Positions 1-9,917 of a stretch of 64,000 bases of DNA are shown here, one piece after another. The notes beneath the pieces were generated by a model, which was not told the origin of the DNA, did no database searches, and saw only the letters and a program-made list of their open reading frames with translations. Source of the stretch: Candidatus Omnitrophota bacterium (GTDB taxonomy: Bacteria > Omnitrophota > Omnitrophia > Omnitrophales > JACROU01); contig JACROU010000049.1 of NCBI GenBank assembly GCA_016214265.1, positions 9,589 through 73,588 of the forward strand, read 5' to 3'. The translations under genes and the position numbers were made by a program. Within the stretch, counting starts at the first letter, position 1; each line of letters begins with the position of its first letter.

Positions 1-159
1 CACGATTTTCGTTACAGCCTGAACAGTGAGAAACTTCGCGGGCTTGGTTTCGTGCCTAAAGTTAGTTTTGAGGAAGGACTTTCGCGCACCATCGATTGGT
101 ATCTTAAAAATGATTGGTGGTGGCAGCCTCTCAAAAAAGATGTGTACACGCTGAAATAA
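1..159 (+). CDS. rfbB: dTDP-glucose 4,6-dehydratase, C-terminal fragment (gene begins upstream of the window)
   Basis: Frame 1 reads ...HDFRYSLNSEKLRGLGFVPKVSFEEGLSRTIDWYLKNDWWWQPLKKDVYTLK*, with TAA stop at 157-159. The RY..D..K....GW.P...FEEGL..T..WY..N..WW tail is characteristic of RmlB/RfbB C-termini. The gene sits directly before rfbD. Confidence 0.6.
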   Translation, partial: HDFRYSLNSEKLRGLGFVPKVSFEEGLSRTIDWYLKNDWWWQPLKKDVYTLK

Positions 160-166
160 TTCTGCC

Positions 167-1051
167 ATGAAAATTTTAATTACTGGAATTAGCGGTATGT
201 TGGGCAGTGATTTGGCAAAGGTTCTGTCAGGCTCTCATCTCTTGTTCGGGCTTGGGCGGAAAAAACGGAGTTTCGGCGGCAAAGTCCAGTATGTGAGTTG
301 TGATCTTTTGGATACCGCTCATCTTGAAAAATGCGTCAAGCGGATTAGCCCTGACATAGTTATTCATTCCGCGGCTAAAACCCAGGTGGATGATTGTGAG
401 CTTGATCCCTATGAAGCTTATTTGGGGAATGTGCTGGCGACTCAATTTTTGATCAAAACCGTGAAACCGTATCGGCCGCGTTTCATTTATATCAGCACCG
501 ATTACGTTTTTGACGGAAAAAAACGGGGCCCGTATCTTGAGACAGACGTGCCTGCGCCGCTTAATGTTTACGGTGCTACCAAACTTTTGGGCGAGGATGT
601 TGTTCGCGGTTCCGGTTTGCCGTATGTGATTGTGCGGACCTCCTGGCTTTATGGATTGAACGGGCCCAATTTTGTTGCGACGATTTTAAAAATCAGCCGT
701 GAAAAGAATGTGTTAAAAGTCGTGACGGATCAACAGGGCTGTCCGACGTATACGAAAGATTTAGCAGAAGCGATAGAAAAAATCATTAATGCGAAGAATG
801 TTTTTGGTATCTTCAATGTGACGAATAGCGGTGCAACAAATTGGAATGCTTACGCCAAATTGATTTTGAGCGAATCGGGTGTCAATCACACAAAAGTGCT
901 CAACATTAAAACGAATGATTTGGACCGGCCGGCGCTTAGGCCCCGGAATTCCGTGCTTAGTAATGTCAAATTTGAAAAACGTTTTGGATGTAAAATCAGA
1001 AATTGGCGGCTTGCGCTCCGTGATTATTTGAAGGAGTTTCAGAAAAAATGA
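167..1051 (+). CDS. rfbD: dTDP-4-dehydrorhamnose reductase (RmlD)
   Basis: 294-aa ORF. Glycine-rich N-terminal NAD(P)-binding loop ITGISGMLG, plus ISTDYVFDG, NVYGATKLLGE and VVTDQQGCPTY motifs typical of RmlD substrate-binding domain proteins. Located next to the rfbB tail. Confidence 0.75.
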   Translation: MKILITGISGMLGSDLAKVLSGSHLLFGLGRKKRSFGGKVQYVSCDLLDTAHLEKCVKRISPDIVIHSAAKTQVDDCELDPYEAYLGNVLATQFLIKTVKPYRPRFIYISTDYVFDGKKRGPYLETDVPAPLNVYGATKLLGEDVVRGSGLPYVIVRTSWLYGLNGPNFVATILKISREKNVLKVVTDQQGCPTYTKDLAEAIEKIINAKNVFGIFNVTNSGATNWNAYAKLILSESGVNHTKVLNIKTNDLDRPALRPRNSVLSNVKFEKRFGCKIRNWRLALRDYLKEFQKK

Positions 1052-2349
1052 ATATGCTCGAGAAGAAAATTAAAGCGGCTGATGCACGTATCGCAGTCAT
1101 CGGCCTTGGCTATGTTGGGCTGCCGCTTGCGGTCGCTTTTGGTAAAGCCGGATTTCATGTCACTGGCATTGATGTCAGCCCGAAAAAATTGAAAGAAATC
1201 CGCTCCGGAAAAACCCCGGTTATTGGGGTTACGGATCAAGAGCTTAAAGATCTTCAGAAGAAAAAACGGCTTGATGTGATGCCAGAATACTCTGCGCTAA
1301 AAACTGCAGACGTTATTATTATTTGCGTTCCAACACCATTGAGTAAAAGCCTGGATCCGGATATGTCCTTTATTCTGGCGGCAGCGTCAGCGATTGCGGA
1401 TCATCTCAAAAAAGGCCAGCTCATTATTTTGGAAAGTACGACGTATCCCGGAACTACGGAGGAAGTGCTTCAGCCTGAATTTGAGAAGAAAGGATTAGTG
1501 GCCGGACGCGATTTCTTATTGTGCTTTTCTCCTGAGCGTATCGATCCAGGCAATAAGCGATTCGAGTTAAAAGATATTCCTAAAATCGTCGGGGGCGTTA
1601 CTGCGGAATCCTCACGCCTGGGCGTATTGCTTTATCAGCAAATCATTAGTAAGGTAATGCCGGTTTCCTCTCCTCGTGTTGCCGAAATGGCGAAGCTGCT
1701 TGAAAATACGTTTCGCATTGTGAATATTGGGCTGGTCAATGAACTTGCTACTGTTGCCAAAGATTTGAACATTGATATTTGGGAAGTTATTGACGCGGCC
1801 AGTACCAAGCCATTTGGGTTTATGCCTTTTTATCCTGGGCCCGGTATCGGCGGACATTGCATCGGCGTGGACCCGATTTATCTTTCGTGGAAAGCGAAAT
1901 TTCACGGTCGTGAATTGCGGTTCATCGAATTAGCCCGGCAAATGAACTCGGAAATGCCCGAATTTGTTGTCCGCAGGGCGAGTGAAATTCTAAATGACCT
2001 CGGGCTTGCAGTGAAAGGCTCGAAGATTTTAATGCTCGGGATCGCCTACAAAAAAGATATCGAAGATACGCGCGAATCACCAGCGTTCGCTGTTTTGGAA
2101 AGGCTGGCCAAACAGGGGGCCGAAATTATTTATCATGATCCCTATGTGTTGAATGCGCAGTGGAACGGCACGGTAAAATCCTCTTCAAAGCTGAATGCGA
2201 AAACGCTGAAGAGTGCCGACCTGGTTTTAATTACAACCGATCACACCAACATTCCTTACGACATCGTGGTTCAACATTCCAAGGTCATTCTCGACACACG
2301 AAATGTGCTTAAAAAATTTAGTGGACACAAAAATATTGTTCGTCTTTAG
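1048..2349 (+). CDS. UDP-N-acetylhexosamine (GlcNAc/ManNAc) 6-dehydrogenase, nucleotide-sugar dehydrogenase family (WbpA/TviB/WecC-like)
   Basis: 433 aa. N-terminal IAVIGLGYVGLPLAVAFGKAG Rossmann motif of the HexNAc-dehydrogenase subfamily, as opposed to the GTGYVG of Ugd. Central GGHCIGVDP catalytic Cys region and a C-terminal UDP-binding domain. Overlaps rfbD by 4 nt. Confidence 0.75.
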   Translation: MNMLEKKIKAADARIAVIGLGYVGLPLAVAFGKAGFHVTGIDVSPKKLKEIRSGKTPVIGVTDQELKDLQKKKRLDVMPEYSALKTADVIIICVPTPLSKSLDPDMSFILAAASAIADHLKKGQLIILESTTYPGTTEEVLQPEFEKKGLVAGRDFLLCFSPERIDPGNKRFELKDIPKIVGGVTAESSRLGVLLYQQIISKVMPVSSPRVAEMAKLLENTFRIVNIGLVNELATVAKDLNIDIWEVIDAASTKPFGFMPFYPGPGIGGHCIGVDPIYLSWKAKFHGRELRFIELARQMNSEMPEFVVRRASEILNDLGLAVKGSKILMLGIAYKKDIEDTRESPAFAVLERLAKQGAEIIYHDPYVLNAQWNGTVKSSSKLNAKTLKSADLVLITTDHTNIPYDIVVQHSKVILDTRNVLKKFSGHKNIVRL

Positions 2350-2366
2350 AAAGAGATAGAAAAATC

Positions 2367-3326
2367 ATGGGCTATTATCTTGTCACAGGTGGGGCCGGAT
2401 TTATCGGCTCAAACATCGTGGAAAAATTGGTGAAGCTCGGAAAAAAAGTCCGTGTGCTTGATAATTTTTCGACCGGACTTCGCGAACATCTGGAGCCTTT
2501 CGAAGACAAAATCGATTTAGTCGAAGGGGATATCCGCGATGCGGAAGTGGTGGCGCATGCTGTTCGTGGTGTCGATTACGTATTTCACATTGCGGCCAAT
2601 CGCGCGGTTCTCAAGTCCGTTGAAAATCCCTTCGAGACGCACGAGGTTAATGTTACCGGAACTCTTAATTTGCTGATAGCCTCGAAAGAGGCGAAAGTGA
2701 AGCGCTTTGTGTTTACGTCTTCATCCGCCGTTTACGGCGACACCAAAAAGTTTCCCTCGAGTGAGACGGATGCCATGGCCCCGCAGTCTCCTTATGGTTC
2801 GTCGAAACTGATCGGCGAGGAATACTGCCGTTTGTTCGCGCAATCGTTTGGGTTGGATACTGTGTCGCTCCGTTATTTTAATGTTTACGGGCCTCGGCAA
2901 CATCCGGAATCCAGGTACTCACTCGTGATTCCGATTTTTCTGGATTGTTTGCTCAAAAACAAAAGCCCCGAAATTCATTGGGATGGCAGGCAATCGCGTG
3001 ATTTTGTCTACATTGATGACGTGGTTCAGGGAAATCTGTTGGCTATCCAGGGCCCGGCGAAGGGCGGAGCTGTTTACAATATTTCCACCGGTAAAGAGCT
3101 TTCGATTCTTGAAATTTTTAACGCGATCGCAAAACGTTTAGGAAAAACTCATGTAAAGCCGAAATTCGCTCCGAAGCGCCCCGGTGATGTGCGGCGGACA
3201 CTCGCGGATATTCGAAAAGCTAAAAAAGAATTGGGGTATAAAGTCTCCGTTCAGTTTGAAGAGGGCATTCAGAAATCGATCGATTATTTTATTAAGGATA
3301 GAAAGTTGGAGAGGACTGGAGTATGA
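2367..3326 (+). CDS. NAD-dependent nucleotide-sugar 4-epimerase (WbpP/TviC-like SDR)
   Basis: 319 aa. [12 protein letters not shown]...VLDNFSTG at the N-terminus, YGSSK catalytic YxxxK, extended-SDR fold. Classic partner of the upstream HexNAc dehydrogenase. Confidence 0.7.
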   Translation: MGYYLVTGGAGFIGSNIVEKLVKLGKKVRVLDNFSTGLREHLEPFEDKIDLVEGDIRDAEVVAHAVRGVDYVFHIAANRAVLKSVENPFETHEVNVTGTLNLLIASKEAKVKRFVFTSSSAVYGDTKKFPSSETDAMAPQSPYGSSKLIGEEYCRLFAQSFGLDTVSLRYFNVYGPRQHPESRYSLVIPIFLDCLLKNKSPEIHWDGRQSRDFVYIDDVVQGNLLAIQGPAKGGAVYNISTGKELSILEIFNAIAKRLGKTHVKPKFAPKRPGDVRRTLADIRKAKKELGYKVSVQFEEGIQKSIDYFIKDRKLERTGV

Positions 3327-4285
3327 AGCGGGTTTTAGTCACGGGCGGTGCGGGTTTTATCGGGAGTCATCTGAGTACACTTTTTCTTTCACGCGGATGG
3401 CAAGTTGTTTGTATTGATAATTTTTTGACCGGAAAACCTGAGAATATTGACCACCTGAGGCGCGAAAGAAATTTTCGATTGCTGGAACAGGACGTTTCTA
3501 AATATATTGAGTTTCCAGATTCGGTGGATTTAGTTCTTCATTTTGCGTCTCCGGCCAGCCCATTTGATTATCACCGGTATCCGATTCAAACGCTAAAAGT
3601 CGGGGCGCTCGGAACGCATAATGCGCTTGGACTAGCAAAAGCCAAGCGATCAGGATTTCTTCTGGCCTCCACGTCGGAAGTTTACGGTGATCCGCAAGTT
3701 CATCCGCAGAATGAAGATTATTGGGGGCACGTCAATCCTATTGGCCCTCGCGGCGTTTATGACGAAGCGAAGCGGTTTGCGGAGGCGATGACGCTTGCGT
3801 ATCATCGGACTCACGGAGTTGACACTAAAATCGTCCGGATTTTCAATACGTATGGACCGCGCATGCAACCGAATGACGGCCGTGCGATTCCCGCGTTTAT
3901 AGCGGAGGCGCTGAATGGCGATCCACTCACGGTGTTCGGCAACGGCGCTCAAACGAGAAGTTTTTGTTACGTGGATGATCTGATTGAGGGAATCTATCGC
4001 CTGTCACAAAGTGACTATCACGGTCCTGTGAATATTGGCAATCCAAACGAGATGACCATTTTGCAGCTCGCCGAAAAAATTAAAGAGATCACCAAATCTT
4101 TGAGTCAAATTGTTTTTAAGGAGCTTCCCGTTGATGATCCGAAAATCCGCCGGCCGGATATTGCGCGCGCAAAAACAATTTTGAAATGGGAGCCGAAAGT
4201 CGATTTGACTACGGGCCTCAAACACACAATCGAGTATTTTAAAAAGGTGAAGCAGGAAAAAGGGGTGCTCGAGTGGCAAAAGTAA
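3323..4285 (+). CDS. UDP-glucuronate decarboxylase family enzyme (UDP-xylose synthase, UXS-like)
   Basis: 320 aa. [79 protein letters not shown] and [11 protein letters not shown] together give a near-complete match to the UXS/ArnA-decarboxylase signature. Confidence 0.75.
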   Translation: MKRVLVTGGAGFIGSHLSTLFLSRGWQVVCIDNFLTGKPENIDHLRRERNFRLLEQDVSKYIEFPDSVDLVLHFASPASPFDYHRYPIQTLKVGALGTHNALGLAKAKRSGFLLASTSEVYGDPQVHPQNEDYWGHVNPIGPRGVYDEAKRFAEAMTLAYHRTHGVDTKIVRIFNTYGPRMQPNDGRAIPAFIAEALNGDPLTVFGNGAQTRSFCYVDDLIEGIYRLSQSDYHGPVNIGNPNEMTILQLAEKIKEITKSLSQIVFKELPVDDPKIRRPDIARAKTILKWEPKVDLTTGLKHTIEYFKKVKQEKGVLEWQK

Positions 4286-5169
4286 TGAATGTGAATGATA
4301 CGGACGTGTTGGATGTCACGATTCTTCTCCCGGCTTATAATGAGGAAGAAGCTATCTTAAAAGTGATTGATGATGTTGAGCGTGCGATGTCAGGCACATC
4401 ATACAAATATGAAATTTTGGTTGTCGACGATGCTTCGAATGATAATACGGTTAAGCGCGCTGAGGAAAAACGGGTTCGTGTGATTCAACGTCCAATCCGC
4501 CAGGGGTCCGGGGCTTCACGTAAAACCGGCATTGTGAATGCGAAAGGGAAGATTATCGTTATGCTCGATGCTGACGGCACGTATACCGCCGCGGATATTC
4601 CGAACCTTCTGGCGTATTTTCCGGATTTTGATCAGGTCAACGGGGCTCGGACCAGCGAGCAGGGCACGATGAAGCTGCTTCGTACGCCCGCAAAATGGCT
4701 AATTCGCCAGTTTGCCTGCTATTTGACGGGAACCAAGATTCCAGATTTGAATACCGGGCTTAAAGCATTCAAAAAAGATATTATGATGAAATATTTGTGG
4801 GTGATGCCCAACGGATTTTCCTGTGTGACCTCGATGACGCTTGCGTTCCTGGTGAATGGCCATCGCGTCAAATACATTCCAACCGAGTATCATTCCCGCA
4901 TCGGAAAGTCGAAATTTCATCCCATTCGTGATGCGGCCAATTACATTAAAACGGTGATTCGCATGGTCATGTATTTTGATCCGCTCAAAGTGTTTTTGCC
5001 GCTTGGGGGTATTCTTTTACTTCTTGGAATTATCAAGTCGATATTCAGCCTTCTGGATACGCACAGTCTGCAGGAATCCGATGTAATTATATTTATGAGT
5101 GCGATTGTGGTTTTCGCGATAGGTTTTCTTGCGGATTTGATTGTTGCCTATCAAAAGCAGGGACGCTGA
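4273..5169 (+). CDS. GT2 polyprenyl-phosphate glycosyltransferase (ArnC/DPM1/GtrB-like) with C-terminal membrane anchor
   Basis: 298 aa. LLPAYNEE...[10 protein letters not shown] and the DAD motif MLDADGT identify a GT-A fold. Two predicted TM helices at the C-terminus ([34 protein letters not shown]) match the GtrB/ArnC family. Confidence 0.65.
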   Translation: MAKVMNVNDTDVLDVTILLPAYNEEEAILKVIDDVERAMSGTSYKYEILVVDDASNDNTVKRAEEKRVRVIQRPIRQGSGASRKTGIVNAKGKIIVMLDADGTYTAADIPNLLAYFPDFDQVNGARTSEQGTMKLLRTPAKWLIRQFACYLTGTKIPDLNTGLKAFKKDIMMKYLWVMPNGFSCVTSMTLAFLVNGHRVKYIPTEYHSRIGKSKFHPIRDAANYIKTVIRMVMYFDPLKVFLPLGGILLLLGIIKSIFSLLDTHSLQESDVIIFMSAIVVFAIGFLADLIVAYQKQGR

Positions 5170-5180
5170 ATTACTAAGCT

Positions 5181-6818
5181 ATGAAAGAAAAAGAAGCTGT
5201 TCTTCATTCATCTCTTTCCCAAAAAATGATAGCTGCAAAAGAGTATCTTGCCCGCGAAGCGATGTTGTATATTCCCAAAGTCATTGAGCTTCTCGACAGA
5301 AATCCGATCTCAAAAACTTATGGTTGCTTTGACCGGCAATTTTGGCATTACCGCACTTCTGATTTTCCGAGTGGCATGTATCAGGAATATGTTCTGCCGT
5401 TGGCATTGGTGTATACCTATGAATTTCCCAATAATCCCTATTATCAGGAGCCGCGTCTACGCGAGTGGGTGATTGCCGGCATCGATTTCGCCTCAAAAGC
5501 TGCGCATCCCGATGGTTCCTGTGATGACTATTACCCTTTCGAGAAAGCGCTTGGAGCGGCGGCATTTTCGCTTTACGCCGCAAGTGAGTCTTATCTTGTG
5601 CTTGGACTCGATGAACCGCGACTTTTGGAATTCTTTAAGAAACGCGCTGAATGGTTGATGAGGAGCGGGGAAATCGGACGACTTTCCAACCACCATGCGC
5701 TTGTGGCCCTTTGCTTGTGGAACCTGTGGCTGTTGACCGGCGAACAGAGATTTCAAAAAGCCGCGCAGAAGAAAATTCGCGAGTTGATTTCCTGGCAATC
5801 GAAAGAGGGCTGGTTTCCGGAGTATGAAGGTTGTGATCCGGGATATCTCAGCATTTGCGTTGATTTTCTCGCCAAATTTTATCAGAAATCACAGAATCCG
5901 GAATTGGTGGAGCCCCTGGGGCGGGCTTTTCGGTTTATGACGCATTTTCTGCATCCCGATGGCAGTTACGGCGGAGAATACGGAAGCAGGAACACGTTTC
6001 ACTTTTTTCCCCATGGACTTGAAATTGTCGGTAAGTCTGACTCGGACGCTTGCGCGCTTGTCGATGCGTATCTTGCCGGTGCCGGCCGTGGTTTGCGGGC
6101 TTCAACAGATGATGACCGCATTTTTGGTCATTTGGTGTACAACTATCTTCAGGCCTATTTAGATTTCAACTCCGTCAGACCAAAGGCATTTCAAAGATTT
6201 CAAGGGTCCAGATATTTTCCAGAGTCTGGTCTTTACGTGCGCGAAAACGGTAGCCAATATTTCGTGACGAATGTGAAAAAGGGCGGCGTGTTTAAATATT
6301 TTAGTGAGAAAAAGCTGACGGAATCCGACACGGGAGTGGTGATTAAAACTACGGAAGACCGGGTGGCAGTTTCTCAAATTATATCGAAAAATAAAATCAG
6401 TGTTGAGCGAGATGAGATTTCGGTGTCCGGATTTTTTTATGAGCGGGCGGATCTTCAATTGAAATCAGTTAAGTTTCTGATATTTCGAATATTTCTTCTG
6501 ACTTTCGGCAGGCTTTCGAGGAATCTGACACGATTTCTGCTTCAGCGAAAGATTATTCTCGGAAAGAAAAAAGTGAAGATTAAATTTACCCGCTGCTTTC
6601 GTTTCAATGCTGGGTTTTCAGTAGAAGATATGATTGAAATCTTAAACCCAAAAATTCAAGTTGCTCAGCTTGCGGTCAGTTCTGATCTCACGTCGATTTA
6701 TGTGGCTACCAGCCAGCCGTATCAATCAGGCTGTCTGAAACCTTGGCACTTTTTGAATGACAAGGTGCAAGAGCTGAACCGGAACCGGATAGTGAGTTTT
6801 TCGAGGCAATGGTCATGA
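5181..6818 (+). CDS. hypothetical protein (W/Y-rich, possibly an alpha/alpha-toroid fold; no signal peptide)
   Basis: 545-aa ORF in the same orientation and tight spacing as the glycan genes. Contains a duplicated HPDGS(C/Y) motif (AAHPDGSCDDYY and FLHPDGSYGGEYG). No family confidently recognised. Confidence 0.4.
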   Translation: MKEKEAVLHSSLSQKMIAAKEYLAREAMLYIPKVIELLDRNPISKTYGCFDRQFWHYRTSDFPSGMYQEYVLPLALVYTYEFPNNPYYQEPRLREWVIAGIDFASKAAHPDGSCDDYYPFEKALGAAAFSLYAASESYLVLGLDEPRLLEFFKKRAEWLMRSGEIGRLSNHHALVALCLWNLWLLTGEQRFQKAAQKKIRELISWQSKEGWFPEYEGCDPGYLSICVDFLAKFYQKSQNPELVEPLGRAFRFMTHFLHPDGSYGGEYGSRNTFHFFPHGLEIVGKSDSDACALVDAYLAGAGRGLRASTDDDRIFGHLVYNYLQAYLDFNSVRPKAFQRFQGSRYFPESGLYVRENGSQYFVTNVKKGGVFKYFSEKKLTESDTGVVIKTTEDRVAVSQIISKNKISVERDEISVSGFFYERADLQLKSVKFLIFRIFLLTFGRLSRNLTRFLLQRKIILGKKKVKIKFTRCFRFNAGFSVEDMIEILNPKIQVAQLAVSSDLTSIYVATSQPYQSGCLKPWHFLNDKVQELNRNRIVSFSRQWS

Positions 6819-7768
6819 TCAAACGTGTGATTGCACTGATTCTTACGGTTCTGGTAGTTTTTGTTCTTATCAAATTGATCAATATTCAGGCATTTTTAGA
6901 GGCTCTTTCGCATCCTCGCTGGCCGGATTTGATTGCAGCCCTTCTTTTTTTTATTCCACTCGTTGGCATTACCGCGTTTCGTTGGCAAATTCTTGTTCAC
7001 AAAAGTTGTCATTGTTCCTTGTGGGAATCTGTCAAGCTGCAGCTTGCCTCGAATACGCTTAATTTAATTCTGCCGTCAAAACTTGGCGATTTATCGAAGG
7101 GCTATTTTTTGCGCAATACTGGCAAGGTGGATTTGTCGCGCGGGATGAATATCGTGATTTTTGAGAAGCTGATTGACCTGTCCAGCCTCGGGATTGTTTA
7201 CTTGACCGGACTTTGTTTTCACGGATATTTTGCGAAAGCCGATTATATCTGCCTTGGGCTCATCGTTTTCTTTATTGTGGCCACAGCGGCGATCTATTTT
7301 ATTCCACTTCGAATCATTCCGGGATACACCGCATTGCTTGCTTGGCTTGAAGGACGGGGAAAGTTATTAAGTAAAATCGGGTATTTCCTGGAGGACGGGC
7401 AAAAACTCATTTTTGCAATTCGTGAAAATAACCTTCAAATTATTTCGATTGTGGCGTTAAGCATTTTACTTTGGTTTTTGCATATGACTCAGGTGTATTT
7501 CTTTTTCCACACTGTTGGGGCGCTTCCAAATTTGATGACCGTTTTTCATTGGGCACCGATGGCAATTTTGGTGGGGCTGATTCCGGTGACGATTTCCGGA
7601 ATCGGGATTCGGGATGGGTCTTTTATGTTTCTTTTCAGAAGTTATGGTTCACAGGCGGTTTTGTTCGCAGCATCTGTTTTGATCACCCTCCGTTACATTA
7701 TTCCAGGCGTACTTGGGCTTTTTTTTATCAATCAGTACTTGGTTCGCAATACCGTTAAGCAAAAATAA
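6809..7768 (+). CDS. flippase-like multi-TM membrane protein (UPF0104 / LPG-synthase-TM-like)
   Basis: 319 aa with about 8 hydrophobic helices. Signature region LASNTLNLILPSKLGDLSKGYFL is typical of the flippase-like domain family that usually accompanies GT2 genes. Overlaps the upstream gene by 10 nt. Confidence 0.55.
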   Translation: MVMIKRVIALILTVLVVFVLIKLINIQAFLEALSHPRWPDLIAALLFFIPLVGITAFRWQILVHKSCHCSLWESVKLQLASNTLNLILPSKLGDLSKGYFLRNTGKVDLSRGMNIVIFEKLIDLSSLGIVYLTGLCFHGYFAKADYICLGLIVFFIVATAAIYFIPLRIIPGYTALLAWLEGRGKLLSKIGYFLEDGQKLIFAIRENNLQIISIVALSILLWFLHMTQVYFFFHTVGALPNLMTVFHWAPMAILVGLIPVTISGIGIRDGSFMFLFRSYGSQAVLFAASVLITLRYIIPGVLGLFFINQYLVRNTVKQK

Positions 7769-8477
7769 AATGACCCCATCTATCACTGTTGTTATCCCAG
7801 CTTATGATGAAGCTTCCAGACTTCCAAACACATTAAAGGAAATCAGAGACTTTTTGAGAGATTCGGGAATGGCTTATGAGGTGATTGTTGTCGATGATGG
7901 AAGCAAAGATGCAACGGTGGAAGTGGCGAAAAGTGAGCTAGCCGGAACTCCTCATTTGGTTCTGATCAACGGAAAAAATAGAGGAAAAGGATGTTGCGTG
8001 CGCAAGGGAATGCTGGCCGCGAGCGGAAAATATATTTTATTTACCGATGCTGATCTCTCGACGCCAATCCGTGAGTTGAATCGCATGATTCCTTATTTGG
8101 AAGATGGCTATGACATTGTGATTGGTTCCCGTGCTGTGCAGGACCCCGTTGTGAAGCGCGATATGGTGTGGTACAGGGAGATTATGGGGAGAACTTATAA
8201 TTTATTCGCACAGCTTATTTTGTTCCCAGGAATTACAGATTCGCAATGTGGGTTTAAATGTTTCAAACATGATGTGGCCCGTGATTTGTTTTCACGTCAA
8301 AAGCTCGAGGGTTTTTCTTTTGATGGGGAAATTCTTTATTTAGCCCGGAAACAAAAATACCGGATTAAAGAGCTTGCCGTTCACTGGTTCCAGGATCCAA
8401 AAAGCAAGGTCAAATTATTCAAAGATTCCATCCGGATGTTTTTCGAATTGATCAAAATTAGATTGTTACACGCTTAA
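7769..8477 (+). CDS. GT2 glycosyltransferase (polyprenyl/dolichyl-phosphate beta-glucosyltransferase-like, soluble)
   Basis: ATG at 7769 gives MTPSITVVIPAYDEASRL...VIVVDDGSKDAT...FTDADLSTP (DxD) with no TM segment. The longer 7713 start in the ORF track lies inside the upstream gene. Confidence 0.65.
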
Positions 8478-8480
8478 TTG

Positions 8481-9212
8481 TTAAGCAGTGGGGGAGTACT
8501 TTTTTGAGGAGCGGTAGCGCCAGAATGTGAGCGCTTCCCAAAGTGCAAATCCCATAATCCGCATGTTGACGGAAGATTTTCCCCAATGCCGGCCCCGGTG
8601 ATTGGAGGGGATTTCTTTGATTTTGAAATTCAGATCATGAGCTTTGATGATGATTTCCGGCAAAACAAATAGAGATTTTGAGCGCAAATTGATTTTGTTG
8701 AGTACATCACGCGACCAGGCCTGTGACCAGTTGTAATCATTGATGCGCAATTTAAACAGGAAGTTCAACAGAAAGATGTAAATAATAGACAGGAAAAACC
8801 GGAATAATTTGTATGCATTTCTCTGCCATCGGACGCCTAAAACGACGTCGGCACCCTCCACGCCATGATCGAGCAGGTTGACAAAATTGGGGATTTCAGT
8901 GCTGTCAAATTCTTCATCGGCGCCGATATACATTACGAATTTTCCGGTAGATTTGGCGATGCCGTCTTTTAGCGAGCGTGTATAGCCTTGATTATTCCCA
9001 TGAATCAGGAGCTGGGTTCGCGGATACTTTTTGACTTCTTCCTGAATTATTTTGAGGGTGCCGTCTTTGCTGCCGTCCTCAACGATAATAACCTCGGAAT
9101 TCCATTGGGGATTGGCCTCTGTCACACGGTGCAGGTTGCGGAGCATGTTGGCAATATTCTGCTCTTCGTTATAAACAGGGATAATGAAACTGATCAGGGG
9201 TTCGGTATTCAT
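8481..9212 (-). CDS. GT2 glycosyltransferase
   Basis: Minus-strand ORF. MNTEPLISFIIPVYNEEQNI...EVIIVEDGSKDGT...YIGADEEFD (DxD-like). The start at MNTEPL is preferred over the upstream Met. Convergent with the previous GT2; the stop codons are 3 nt apart. Confidence 0.6.
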   Translation of the reverse strand: MNTEPLISFIIPVYNEEQNIANMLRNLHRVTEANPQWNSEVIIVEDGSKDGTLKIIQEEVKKYPRTQLLIHGNNQGYTRSLKDGIAKSTGKFVMYIGADEEFDSTEIPNFVNLLDHGVEGADVVLGVRWQRNAYKLFRFFLSIIYIFLLNFLFKLRINDYNWSQAWSRDVLNKINLRSKSLFVLPEIIIKAHDLNFKIKEIPSNHRGRHWGKSSVNMRIMGFALWEALTFWRYRSSKKYSPTA

Positions 9213-9359
9213 CGGGGCGAGATGATAGCAAAATGAAAGCATTAATTAAACCCTCATTTTTTCATGCCGATAATATATAAGCCAATCGGGCATTGCTTTC
9301 AAAAGCCGATAACGTCAAGTATACTAATATGTAGTGAATAGCTTCCTCCTGGAGGAAAT

Positions 9360-9911
9360 ATGCCTCAATATCAGCAAAAGCGACAAATAAAAACGCTTCT
9401 AATTGATCCACAAATGCAGAAAGAATATACGCTGCTTTTGGTAGTGCTCATTATTGTTGCTGCTATTGTCATTTCATTTATTGTTAATTGGACCATTCGT
9501 GAATCGATGACCGGGGCGTATCGTCTTGGCAAGGTAAGTCCTTATGAAGTTATGTCGACCATTAATTATTTGCTTACCGTGCGGATTACGATTACTCTTT
9601 TGTGTACAATTTTTATCGCTGGATTCTTAAGTATAAAGTTCTTGCATCGGGTCGGCGGCCCGATTTACCGTTTTCGAATCACGTTAAAACAAATAGCCAA
9701 TGGACAAATACCCAATGATATTCATCTTCGCCGCAATGACTTCTATAAAGATGTTGCTGAAGAGATGAACAAGGTTCTGGCGCAGCTCAGAAATAAACAT
9801 GAAAACGCTAACAAGCTGGTAGCCGAATTGGAACGCATTCCCAAAAGCAGTCTTCCACCGGAAGTTTCTCAGAATCTTTCACAAATGATCTTGGAATTAA
9901 AGAAGATTTAG
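9360..9911 (+). CDS. membrane protein with two TM helices and a HAMP-like domain, no output domain
   Basis: 183 aa. TM1 LLLVVLIIVAAIVISFIV and TM2 ITITLLCTIFIAGFLSI are followed by HRVGGPIYRFRITLKQIANGQIPNDIHLRRNDFYKDVAEEMNKVLAQL (HAMP AS1-connector-AS2 pattern) and a short coiled coil. RBS GGAGGAAATATG. Confidence 0.5.
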   Translation: MPQYQQKRQIKTLLIDPQMQKEYTLLLVVLIIVAAIVISFIVNWTIRESMTGAYRLGKVSPYEVMSTINYLLTVRITITLLCTIFIAGFLSIKFLHRVGGPIYRFRITLKQIANGQIPNDIHLRRNDFYKDVAEEMNKVLAQLRNKHENANKLVAELERIPKSSLPPEVSQNLSQMILELKKI

Positions 9912-9917
9912 GAGCCT

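Noticed and set aside
227-3417. Numerous 60-120-aa ORFs nested in or antisense to rfbD, the dehydrogenase, epimerase and UXS genes (e.g. 227-445 -, 1612-1905 -, 2721-2903 -, 3184-3417 +)
   Set aside because: Each is fully contained within a longer ORF that has clear family signatures. There is no independent start context and the composition is skewed. They are typical shadow ORFs.
8470-8490. Small palindrome CTTAA-TTG-TTAAG spanning the two convergent GT2 stop codons
   Set aside because: The stem is only 5 bp and AT-only, and it is too weak to act as a bidirectional terminator. Probably coincidental to the two TAA stops.
9243-9359. Divergent promoter between the minus-strand GT2 and the HAMP gene
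   Set aside because: Several AT-rich hexamers, but no pair with acceptable -35/-10 spacing could be identified by eye. Left uncalled.
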